Shown here piece by piece: positions 8,884 to 16,750 of a stretch of DNA of 32,000 bases (position 1 is its first letter; the number at the start of each line of letters is the position of its first letter). The stretch is from Ruminococcus albus 7 = DSM 20455 (lineage in GTDB: Bacteria; Bacillota; Clostridia; Oscillospirales; Ruminococcaceae), in the NCBI RefSeq assembly GCF_000179635.2, contig NC_014833.1, positions 2,040,001-2,072,000 of the forward strand. Reading direction: 5' to 3'. A program made the translations under genes and the position numbers. The notes beneath the pieces were generated by a model, which had not been told where the DNA came from, ran no database searches, and worked only from the letters and a program-made list of their open reading frames with translations.

Positions 8884-9134
8884 GCATTTTGAAAACTAAA
8901 GACAAAAATTTAACATTATGACAATTTACCATATAAAAACAATACTATATTATTTGCATTTTGCAAGTATATTCATTCGTATATGCAAGATTCAAGCATA
9001 ATAAACATATTACTGTTATGCCGACTATAGTCGATAAAAAGCGGATTTCCATGATAAAAAGTTTGTTCTGTGAAACTTTTGAAATGATACATCTTTGAAT
9101 TTGTGATATATAAATCCTGCAATACTGTTATACT

Positions 9135-9536
9135 TTATAGGCATACTGTTTTACAGAAGATTTGATAGCAATCTTTGGGCAATGGTCTTTTCTCTTTTAG
9201 ATAGGTGAAAAATCCGTCAAGCTTATCACCTTGAATGGGCTCGATATCCTCAGGCAGAAACTTCTGTCCCTCGCTATGATATTTCGCACATATCATGCAC
9301 ATCAGAACAGAGATAAAAGCTTGACTGAATGCTTCACATTCTGTTTCAGCCGCATTATCGGTATAATTGTAAAGTAGTTCATCATCTGTGACCAAGCTAT
9401 AAAGTTCATCAGCAGTATAATTCCTGCTTTTGAGTTTTTCAATGATAGAAAGGCAGTGATCTGCAAATTCAGCTCCTATTATATTTTTGTGACTATTCGT
9501 TATCCACAGCAGATAGTCGAGGGCATTATCTGTCAT
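9135..9536 (-). CDS. hypothetical 133-aa acidic, Cys-rich protein
   Basis: Intact ORF whose ATG overlaps the rnz stop by 4 nt (ATGA). I recognise no family. Confidence 0.55.
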   Translation of the reverse strand: MTDNALDYLLWITNSHKNIIGAEFADHCLSIIEKLKSRNYTADELYSLVTDDELLYNYTDNAAETECEAFSQAFISVLMCMICAKYHSEGQKFLPEDIEPIQGDKLDGFFTYLKEKRPLPKDCYQIFCKTVCL

Positions 9537-10447
9537 AGTGTTTTCTTCTCTCCGTCTTTGGATATCAAAACAGCAGGGAACAGCTTTTTTAGCTCTTTGT
9601 CATAATTCTCGGGATGCTTTTCGGCAGGGCTGTAATGTGTCAACCATAATTCCTTGACATTAGCTTCTTTTGCCAGTCTGCAAGCATCCTGCATAAGCAT
9701 ATGACCCTTTTCGTTCATACTCTGCTTTTTGTCAGTGTCACCGTACATACCTTCGCAGATGAAAAGGTCTGCGTTATTTGCAAACTGAACTATCTCTCTG
9801 ATAGGCAATGTGTCTGTAATGTAAGTTACCTTGACAGGCGGACGTTTATCTCCCGTGACTTCTTCCGGTTGTATGGTTCTTCCGTCATCAAGTATAACTG
9901 CTTCACCTGAATGCAGCATTCTCCACAATTTTACAGGTATTTCCAGTTCCTGAGCTTTTTCAGGCTGAAAAACAGCCTTCTTTTCCAGCAGAAAACTATA
10001 TCCCAGACATTTTACGCTGTGTTTTAACGGTAGCGTTGATATCGTAAGCATAGGGTCGATCTTTTCGGCTGTGAAGCTGACAGCTGCTGTGTCGGGAAGC
10101 TTGTGCAGTCTGTATTCAAATGGAAGATGTCCGCAGACAGATATCAGGTTTCTCACAACACGTTCTGCACTTTCGGGGATATATATATCCAGCGGTTCTT
10201 CACGCGAACAGTTTCCCATAGATAGCAGAAGACCCGGAAGACCTGTTACATGGTCTGCGTGATTATGTGTAATAAGTATCATTTCAATGCGGCTTATCTT
10301 TATATCTGCTGCCGCAAGTGCGACCTGCATACCTTCACCGCAGTCGATAAGTACAGCTTTGCCGCTGTATTCAATAAAACAGCCTGTCAGGTACCTGTTT
10401 TTCAGCGGAAGCATACCGCCTGTTCCTGCAAGACAAATATCCGGCAT
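9533..10447 (-). CDS. rnz: ribonuclease Z (metallo-beta-lactamase fold)
   Basis: HNHADHVTGLPGLL (HxHxDH) motif and GTGGMLP start. Start set at MPDICL (10447) with an AAAGGAGGA RBS. Confidence 0.85.
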   Translation of the reverse strand: MPDICLAGTGGMLPLKNRYLTGCFIEYSGKAVLIDCGEGMQVALAAADIKISRIEMILITHNHADHVTGLPGLLLSMGNCSREEPLDIYIPESAERVVRNLISVCGHLPFEYRLHKLPDTAAVSFTAEKIDPMLTISTLPLKHSVKCLGYSFLLEKKAVFQPEKAQELEIPVKLWRMLHSGEAVILDDGRTIQPEEVTGDKRPPVKVTYITDTLPIREIVQFANNADLFICEGMYGDTDKKQSMNEKGHMLMQDACRLAKEANVKELWLTHYSPAEKHPENYDKELKKLFPAVLISKDGEKKTL

Positions 10448-10485
10448 TTTCAGTCCTCCTTTTTCACTGATAAAGTACATTTAAC

Positions 10486-10514
10486 ATTATACCACAGCAG
10501 ACATTTAAAATCAA
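10486..10514 (-). promoter_or_regulatory. sigma-A-type promoter for rnz and the downstream 133-aa gene
   Basis: Minus strand TTGATT (10509-10514), 17 nt, TGgTATAAT (10486-10494). Confidence 0.65.
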
Positions 10515-10539
10515 TAGCGGCAAAGAAAAATTTATGTAC

Positions 10540-10578
10540 AAAAAAATGACCCGCAAAGCATATCCTGCCTTGCGGATC
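10540..10578 (-). terminator. intrinsic terminator after the GH5 gene
   Basis: Minus strand GATCCGCAAGGCA-GGATA-TGCTTTGCGGGTC (two mismatches) followed by ATTTTTTTG. Confidence 0.7.
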
Positions 10579-10616
10579 GTGGGAGTATTATATGAAATTT
10601 ATCATTCAATCGGTTA

Positions 10617-11642
10617 TCAGAGATACTTTATAAGCTCATCTATTACGCCGGACATTCTCTCGTCGATCAGCCCGAAGTCCTTTTCTTTATAATTCCAGGC
10701 TGCTCTGCCAATGTTGTATTTTCTGAATGCTGCATTTATGTCCTTATACCATTTGAGTATCTGTTCGGGGTCGGCTCTGTCGATTACACCGTACTCACCG
10801 CAGTACATAGGAACATTTCTTTCTTCGCAGACTTTTATTCCGTATGCGAAACGCTTTTCAAAATAGCTTGTATCAAATCCGCTTTCCGGAACATCCATAT
10901 AATCCTGTATACGTGTGAGGCCTGTTGCCTTGGCGGATTCACGGTAATCCTTGATGTTCCCCGGATAATCCAGGCGGAGGTCGTGAGGCATTTCATCGAC
11001 CCAGTAAGCGCCCTGATGTGTAAACATAAAAGGATCATAGCAGTGGAAGTTATAAACGATGTTCTCATCATATGGAACTTCGAGGTCTGCAAGAGCATCA
11101 ACTGAGTTGTTCCAGTAACTGCCCAGCACTATCTTAATATCAGGTGCATACTGTCTTATAACCTCTATTGCTTTGTGAGCTATTGCATTCCACTTCGGAC
11201 TCAATTCCTTGTCATTTACCTCGTTGAGAAGTTCAAATGCTACTCTGTTTGAAAGTTTTCCGTAACGCTTTGCAAGTCTTTCCCACCATTTGTAGAATCT
11301 TTTCTGCAAGTCTTCATTGTCAAAAAAACCTTCCTGTCCGTCGCCTGAATAGAATGAGTAGCCATAGACTTTATGTACGTCGATCAGTACATTCAGTTTA
11401 TATTCCTTACACCATTCAAGGGCTTTGTCGAGATAATCAAATCCTTCGTTTTTAAGTTCGCCTTCATCAGTTTCAAAGATGTTGTAATCGATCGGAAGTC
11501 TAACATGATCGCAGCCCCAACCGGCTATTGTTGCAATATCATCTTTGCCTATAAAGCTGTCAAGATGCTCTTTATCATAGCTGCCCTGAGAAAGCCAGCC
11601 GCCGAGGTCAACGCCTTTCTGAAATCCTTCAAATATTCTCAT
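10617..11642 (-). CDS. glycoside hydrolase family 5 (endoglucanase/cellodextrinase-like), no signal peptide
   Basis: The acid/base motif FELLNEV and nucleophile motif YCGEYGV have GH5 spacing. Start at MRIFEGF (11642) with a GGAGG RBS. Confidence 0.8.
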   Translation of the reverse strand: MRIFEGFQKGVDLGGWLSQGSYDKEHLDSFIGKDDIATIAGWGCDHVRLPIDYNIFETDEGELKNEGFDYLDKALEWCKEYKLNVLIDVHKVYGYSFYSGDGQEGFFDNEDLQKRFYKWWERLAKRYGKLSNRVAFELLNEVNDKELSPKWNAIAHKAIEVIRQYAPDIKIVLGSYWNNSVDALADLEVPYDENIVYNFHCYDPFMFTHQGAYWVDEMPHDLRLDYPGNIKDYRESAKATGLTRIQDYMDVPESGFDTSYFEKRFAYGIKVCEERNVPMYCGEYGVIDRADPEQILKWYKDINAAFRKYNIGRAAWNYKEKDFGLIDERMSGVIDELIKYL

Positions 11643-11858
11643 ATTTATACCTCCGTTCTTTGTGGTTGTACATACCAATTCAGGTTTCTTATCTTATTGT
11701 AAGGATAACATATTTTCATTTTTTATAATACAACAATTTTAACATTAATGTCGAATATATAATCGTATCGTTTATATTTTCTATTTATACCGAGCCCGAA
11801 ACCTATGCTTATATATGACAAAAACTGTAAAATACTAAAAATAACATCTGTTTTTTCC

Positions 11859-11887
11859 TTGACAATGCTATGAGAATTTAGTATAAT
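11859..11887 (+). promoter_or_regulatory. sigma-A-type promoter for the flavin reductase gene
   Basis: TTGACA (11859-11864), 17 nt, TATAAT (11882-11887). Confidence 0.7.
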
Positions 11888-11931
11888 AAATTCAATATAC
11901 TATATATTAAATCATAAAGGAGATTATTATT

Positions 11932-12489
11932 ATGAAGATCAATGTTGAAAAAGGTTTTGTAACTCCGCTGCCTGTATTTATTATTGGTACGTATAATGCT
12001 GATGGAGAAGCCAATGCCATGAATGCTGCATGGGCAGGGCAGATCGGAGGAGATTTGATATCTGTCAGCCTTGGAGAGCATCCAAGTACCGAGAATATCA
12101 AGCTCAATCGTGCATTCACTGTCAGCTTTGCAACAAAGAATTATACTGCAGAGTGCGATTACGTTGGTATCGTTTCGTTTAAAAATGAACCTGATAAGCT
12201 CAAAAAGGCGGGCTTTACAGTGACACGTTCAGATAAGGTGAACGCTCCTGTTATTGATCAGCTTCCTGTTTCACTGGAATGTGAAGTAGTTGATATCATT
12301 CAGGAGTACGGTGAGACCAGAGTAACTGCTAAAATAGTAGGTATGGTCGCTGATGATTCTGTACTTACCGACGGAAAAGTTGATCTTTCCAAACTTCAGC
12401 CTATAATGTATGATTCGTCAGCAAAGACTTACAGAGTCATTGGTGAAAATGTTGGCGGTGCCTGGAGCTCCGGCAAAAAATTCATGTAA
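11932..12489 (+). CDS. flavin reductase / flavoredoxin-family FMN-binding protein
   Basis: PLPVFIIGTYNADGEANAMNAAWAGQ is the typical flavin-reductase-like split-barrel N-terminus. AAAGGAG RBS. Confidence 0.75.
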   Translation: MKINVEKGFVTPLPVFIIGTYNADGEANAMNAAWAGQIGGDLISVSLGEHPSTENIKLNRAFTVSFATKNYTAECDYVGIVSFKNEPDKLKKAGFTVTRSDKVNAPVIDQLPVSLECEVVDIIQEYGETRVTAKIVGMVADDSVLTDGKVDLSKLQPIMYDSSAKTYRVIGENVGGAWSSGKKFM

Positions 12490-12499
12490 TAGAGTATGG

Positions 12500-12526
12500 G
12501 GCGACAGGTTACTCTGTCGCCTTTTT
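12500..12526 (+). terminator. intrinsic terminator after the flavin reductase gene
   Basis: GGCGACAG-GTTACT-CTGTCGCC followed by TTTTT. Confidence 0.85.
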
Positions 12527-12606
12527 AAGATGCGAATATTCTGAAATACAATTGATACTTTCAGCAGTATGTATCAGAATACATTTATTTTATATAATTA
12601 TCTCGG

Positions 12607-12635
12607 TTGCAAAAAATCATATTCTGTGTTATACT
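12607..12635 (+). promoter_or_regulatory. sigma-A-type promoter for fbp (about 155-nt leader)
   Basis: TTGCAA (12607-12612), 17 nt, TGtTATACT (12627-12635). Confidence 0.5.
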
Positions 12636-12792
12636 TATAATTAAGATATAATACGCAAAACTTTGTTCTGTTAAGATGTCTGTACAAATATAGTGAAGAT
12701 CATGCTTTATACAGATCAATATGTATAAATCTCAGAAATAACAGAGTATCGTATTTTAAAGAATACGTACCAGAATGAAAAGAGTGAATAGA

Positions 12793-14742
12793 ATGGATAA
12801 GAAATACTTACAGCTACTGTCAAAAGAGTTCCCGAATATTGACAGTGCCGCCAGCGAGATAGTTGATCTTTCCGCTATCCGTTGTCTTCCGAAAGGTACA
12901 GAATATTTTTTCAGTGATATGCATGGTGAGTATGAAGCATTTCTGCATATGCTTAAAAGTGCATCGGGAATGATAAAGATAAAGATCGACCTAACTTTGG
13001 GAAAAACGGTTTCTTCTGCTGAGAGAGAAGCGCTTGCTGCACTGATCTACTATCCCGACAAAGAACAGAAGCGTCTTAAAAAAGCGGGTATACTTACCGA
13101 TGAATGGCGAAGGCTCACTATTTATCGCCTTATTCTTGTCCTTGAATCGGTATCTGCAAAGTATACCAGGTCTCGTGTCAGAAAAAGCATTCCTCATGAT
13201 ATGGTATATATCCTTGATGAATTGCTTAATGTTACCGATGATGTAATAAAGGATTATTACTACGATGAGATAATCACTACCATACTTGATACAGGCATAG
13301 CTGACCATTTTATCAAGGAGGTGTGTAAGGTCATACAATCCCTGGCTATAGACAGTCTTCATATAATCGGTGATATCTACGACAGGGGACCGCGTGCTGA
13401 TATCATAATGGATGAGCTTATCAAGATGCATGATGTAGACATACAATGGGGTAATCACGATATTTCATGGATGGGTGCAGCCTCCGGCAACAGGGCGCTG
13501 ATAGCCAATGTTATCCGTATTTCTATGAGGTATAACAATTTCGATATACTTGAGGATGGCTATGGTCTGAATCTGCGTGCACTTGCTGTTTTTGCCGGTG
13601 ATGTTTACAAGGATGATCCCTGTACTATATTTATGCCCCACACTCTTGATGATAATATTTACGATCCTGTTGACACTCTGCTTGTTGCCAAAATGCATAA
13701 AGCGATCACAGTTATTCAATTGAAGCTTGAAAGTCAGCTGATAAAACGTCATCCTGAATGGGGAATGGATGACCGTGATCTGTTCAGTAATCTTCATCCG
13801 GAAAATGGCACTGTTGAACTTAAAGGAAAGACATACGAACTGCTTGACAAGAATTTTCCAACGGTAAATAAGGATGACCCTCTGGCTCTGACAGATGAGG
13901 AAAATGAACTTATGACCGTGCTTGCGAATTCATTTATGCACAGCGAAAAGCTTGCTGAGCATATGCGTTTTCTTTACACGAACGGTTCAATGTACAAGAC
14001 TATCAATGGTAATCTACTTTTTCACGGTTGTATACCTCTCGATGAGAACGGTGAGCTTCTTTCAGTAAAGATAGAAGGTGAGGATCATTCGGGCAAAGAA
14101 CTTCTTGATAAGCTTGATGAGGTTGCGAACAAAGCTTATTTTCTCCATAGCGGTGAGGAAAAAGAAAACTCAGCTGATTTGTTATGGTACCTTTGGTGCG
14201 GACCTCGTTCACCCCTTTACGGAAAGGATAAAATGGCGTTTTTTGAAAGATATTTCATAGATGACCCTTCACTGCATACTGAGAACTATAATGCTTATTA
14301 TCAGTTTTCTGAGAATGCAGATGTTTGTATGAGAATCCTGGAAATGTTCGGGTTGGATCCTGAAAAGGGTCATATCATCAACGGTCATGTTCCGGTGAAA
14401 ATTAAGAATGGTGAGAGTCCTGTGAAGGCTGGCGGAAAGCTTTTTGTTATCGACGGCGGTATCTCAAAAGCGTATCAGAAAGCGACAGGTATTGCCGGAT
14501 ATACCCTTATTTGTGATAGCCATAGTCTCAATCTTGCTGAACATAAGCCTTTCATACCCGGAGAGAGCGAACATACTCCAACTCTTCATCTTGTTGAAAG
14601 ATTCGAGCATCGTGCGAATATATGCGATACAGACAGAGGAGAAGAACTTCTTGGTAAGATAAACGATCTTCGTGAACTTCTGAAAGCGTACCGTTCGGGC
14701 ATAATCAAACAGAAGAAGGAAATCGACAGAAGGACTTGTTGA
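12793..14742 (+). CDS. fbp: fructose-1,6-bisphosphatase, class 3
   Basis: MDKKYLQLLSKEFPN start, FFSDMHGEYEAF, GDIYDRGP and WGNHD metallophosphoesterase motifs. The 649-aa size is typical of class 3. Confidence 0.9.
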   Translation: MDKKYLQLLSKEFPNIDSAASEIVDLSAIRCLPKGTEYFFSDMHGEYEAFLHMLKSASGMIKIKIDLTLGKTVSSAEREALAALIYYPDKEQKRLKKAGILTDEWRRLTIYRLILVLESVSAKYTRSRVRKSIPHDMVYILDELLNVTDDVIKDYYYDEIITTILDTGIADHFIKEVCKVIQSLAIDSLHIIGDIYDRGPRADIIMDELIKMHDVDIQWGNHDISWMGAASGNRALIANVIRISMRYNNFDILEDGYGLNLRALAVFAGDVYKDDPCTIFMPHTLDDNIYDPVDTLLVAKMHKAITVIQLKLESQLIKRHPEWGMDDRDLFSNLHPENGTVELKGKTYELLDKNFPTVNKDDPLALTDEENELMTVLANSFMHSEKLAEHMRFLYTNGSMYKTINGNLLFHGCIPLDENGELLSVKIEGEDHSGKELLDKLDEVANKAYFLHSGEEKENSADLLWYLWCGPRSPLYGKDKMAFFERYFIDDPSLHTENYNAYYQFSENADVCMRILEMFGLDPEKGHIINGHVPVKIKNGESPVKAGGKLFVIDGGISKAYQKATGIAGYTLICDSHSLNLAEHKPFIPGESEHTPTLHLVERFEHRANICDTDRGEELLGKINDLRELLKAYRSGIIKQKKEIDRRTC

Positions 14743-14772
14743 TCTATATACTATTATAATAGTATATAGATC
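14741..14772. repeat. perfect 32-bp palindrome overlapping the fbp stop codon
   Basis: GATCTATATACTATTA|TAATAGTATATAGATC. I checked base by base that the second half is the exact reverse complement of the first. Confidence 0.95.
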
Positions 14773-14828
14773 ATAACCACCGTTTTAGTAGTTGTTATGA
14801 TTTTTGAACAGATATACACATCATCACG

Positions 14829-14856
14829 GCAAGGAGAAATTCTCCTTGCTTTTTTA
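14829..14856 (+). terminator. intrinsic terminator, presumably for fbp (87 nt after its stop)
   Basis: GCAAGGAGA-AAT-TCTCCTTGC followed by TTTTTTATT. Confidence 0.85.
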
Positions 14857-15068
14857 TTCCGAAGTATTTTTTCTACGCCGGGTATGTTTCTTTTCCTTAT
14901 ACTGCCTGTTACGCTCCTGATGGTGCTTGGCTTCTTCAAAAGCGCAGATAGCATCAGCGTTCTTTTTTTGTGTAAATGACAAACGGGAGCGATATATAAC
15001 CGACTGATCAGCCCGACAACCCTAATAAAGAAAAACTTATATATCACCACTGTGATTTATGTTATTTC

Positions 15069-15097
15069 TTGAATTTTGTAAAAATATATGTTATAAT
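15069..15097 (+). promoter_or_regulatory. sigma-A-type promoter for the 96-aa gene - rarA - M50-like operon
   Basis: TTGAAT (15069-15074), 17 nt, TGtTATAAT (15089-15097). Confidence 0.7.
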
Positions 15098-15167
15098 ATA
15101 ATGTAACAAAAATATAGTAATAAAGCCTTTGATCGTTTATTATTCAATGAGATGTGGAGGACTTGAT

Positions 15168-15458
15168 ATGGAAGAGCTTATTAAACAGTTTCTGACGGAT
15201 GAAGTAACTGATCTGACATATAACGAGCTATGGCATTTTGTAAAGTCAAATTCTATTCTTCGCGGCACGTTTGAAGGACAGAATCATATAGTAATGAAGA
15301 TATCATCGGGTCAGTTCATAATATACCGAGTAAGCCTTGGCGTAGAAAATACTAAGTATCAGCCTGCTGTTGTGGTGGCAAGAAATTTTCTTCTGAAAAA
15401 GATAAATAGTCGTGCTTATGAACTGAAATTGCCTGATATACAGAATGTTTTTGATTAG
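15168..15458 (+). CDS. hypothetical 96-aa protein
   Basis: GGAGG at 15156-15160 precedes the ATG at 15168, so the track start at 15129 is an upstream extension. First gene behind a strong promoter. No family recognised. Confidence 0.55.
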   Translation: MEELIKQFLTDEVTDLTYNELWHFVKSNSILRGTFEGQNHIVMKISSGQFIIYRVSLGVENTKYQPAVVVARNFLLKKINSRAYELKLPDIQNVFD

Positions 15459-15469
15459 GAGAATTTATA

Positions 15470-16750
15470 ATGAGTATACCACTCGCTGAACGAATAAGAC
15501 CAAAGACTCTTGATGAGATAGTAGGTCAGCCGCATCTTATGGGTGTTGGCAAGCCTTTAAGAAGAATAATTGAGAGCGGTACAATTCCAAACCTGATATT
15601 CTACGGACCATCGGGTGTCGGGAAGACAACCATAGCGCGTTTTATAGCCGAAAATGCCAATATGACTATGTTCAAGCTCAACGGCACATCAGCATCGGTG
15701 GCGGATATCAAGCAGATAATAGCTGAAACTGAAATGATCGGTGGAATGAATGGGATACTGCTTTATCTTGATGAAATACAGTACCTGAATAAAAAACAGC
15801 AGCAGTCACTTCTTGAGTATATCGAAAACGGAAAGATCACTCTTATATCTTCTACTACAGAAAATCCGTATTTCTATGTTTATAATGCTATAATCAGTCG
15901 TTCGACCGTATTTGAATTCAAACCTGTTACACCTGAACAGATAAGTCCGGCTATCAAGCGGGCTTTTGACCTTATGGCGCAGGATATAGGCACGGAGGTC
16001 ATACTTGAGGAGGGCGTTATCGAGCATATTGCACGGGGCTGCGGCGGAGATGTTAGAAAGTCCGTCAATACTGTGGAACTCTGTGTGCTGTCAGCTGAAA
16101 ATGGTTCAAAAGGTGAACTCCATGTCAAAATGGATACTGTACGTGAACTAACACAGCGCAGCAATATGCGTTATGACAGGGAAGGCGACGAGCATTATGA
16201 TATCCTTTCTGCGCTGCAAAAATCCATACGGGGTTCTGATGAGAATGCTGCGATACATTATGCCGCAAGGCTTATTGAAGCAGGGGATATAATTTCTCTA
16301 TGCCGAAGACTTCTGGTCATCGCAAGTGAAGATGTAGGGCTTGCTTACCCGATGGCAGCTGTTATCACGAAATCCTGCGTTGATTCGGCTTTGCAGCTTG
16401 GTTTGCCGGAGGCACGCATCCCCCTTGCGGAAGCTGTTATAATGCTTGCTACATCCCCTAAATCCAACAGTGCTTATAAAGCTATTAATTTTGCACTGGA
16501 AGATGTAAAAAACAGCGGCCCGCTGGATTTTCCGCGCCACCTGCAAAATAAGCATTTTGACGGCGCAGATGCAAAGGTCAGGGGGCAACACTACCTCTAT
16601 CCCCATGATTATCCCGATCATTGGGTTAAGCAGCAGTATCTTCCCGATGCGCTGAAAGACCGCGTATACTACGAGTATGGGGAAAATAAATCCGAGCAGG
16701 CTGCTAAAGCGTACTGGACAAAGATAAAAGGAGATATAAATGAAAAATAA
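15470..16750 (+). CDS. rarA: replication-associated recombination protein A (AAA+ ATPase MgsA/RarA)
   Basis: Walker A GPSGVGKTT, Walker B LYLDEIQ, C-terminal SIRGSD and YLYPHDYP motifs. Confidence 0.9.
   Translation: MSIPLAERIRPKTLDEIVGQPHLMGVGKPLRRIIESGTIPNLIFYGPSGVGKTTIARFIAENANMTMFKLNGTSASVADIKQIIAETEMIGGMNGILLYLDEIQYLNKKQQQSLLEYIENGKITLISSTTENPYFYVYNAIISRSTVFEFKPVTPEQISPAIKRAFDLMAQDIGTEVILEEGVIEHIARGCGGDVRKSVNTVELCVLSAENGSKGELHVKMDTVRELTQRSNMRYDREGDEHYDILSALQKSIRGSDENAAIHYAARLIEAGDIISLCRRLLVIASEDVGLAYPMAAVITKSCVDSALQLGLPEARIPLAEAVIMLATSPKSNSAYKAINFALEDVKNSGPLDFPRHLQNKHFDGADAKVRGQHYLYPHDYPDHWVKQQYLPDALKDRVYYEYGENKSEQAAKAYWTKIKGDINEK

Noticed and set aside
10479-10488. Recurring 10-mer TTTAACATTA, also at 8909-8918 and 11747-11756, considered as a dispersed repeat
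   Set aside because: On the minus strand it reads (T/C)ATAATGTTAAA, i.e. a -10 box plus AT-rich discriminator. It reflects promoter composition rather than a mobile or repeat element.
12539-12564. CTGAAATACAATTGATACTTTCAG and the adjacent GAATATTC palindrome upstream of fbp, considered as a CcpA cre site
   Set aside because: The half-sites TGAAA/TTTCA are 12 nt apart instead of forming the 14-nt cre with a central CG, and no similar element is upstream of pckA.
14754-15050. 98-aa minus-strand ORF in the fbp downstream spacer
   Set aside because: It has no RBS or promoter. It runs through the plus-strand terminator hairpin and the 32-bp palindrome, and its composition looks like translated AT-rich spacer. 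The region is kept only as an unexplained-region finding.
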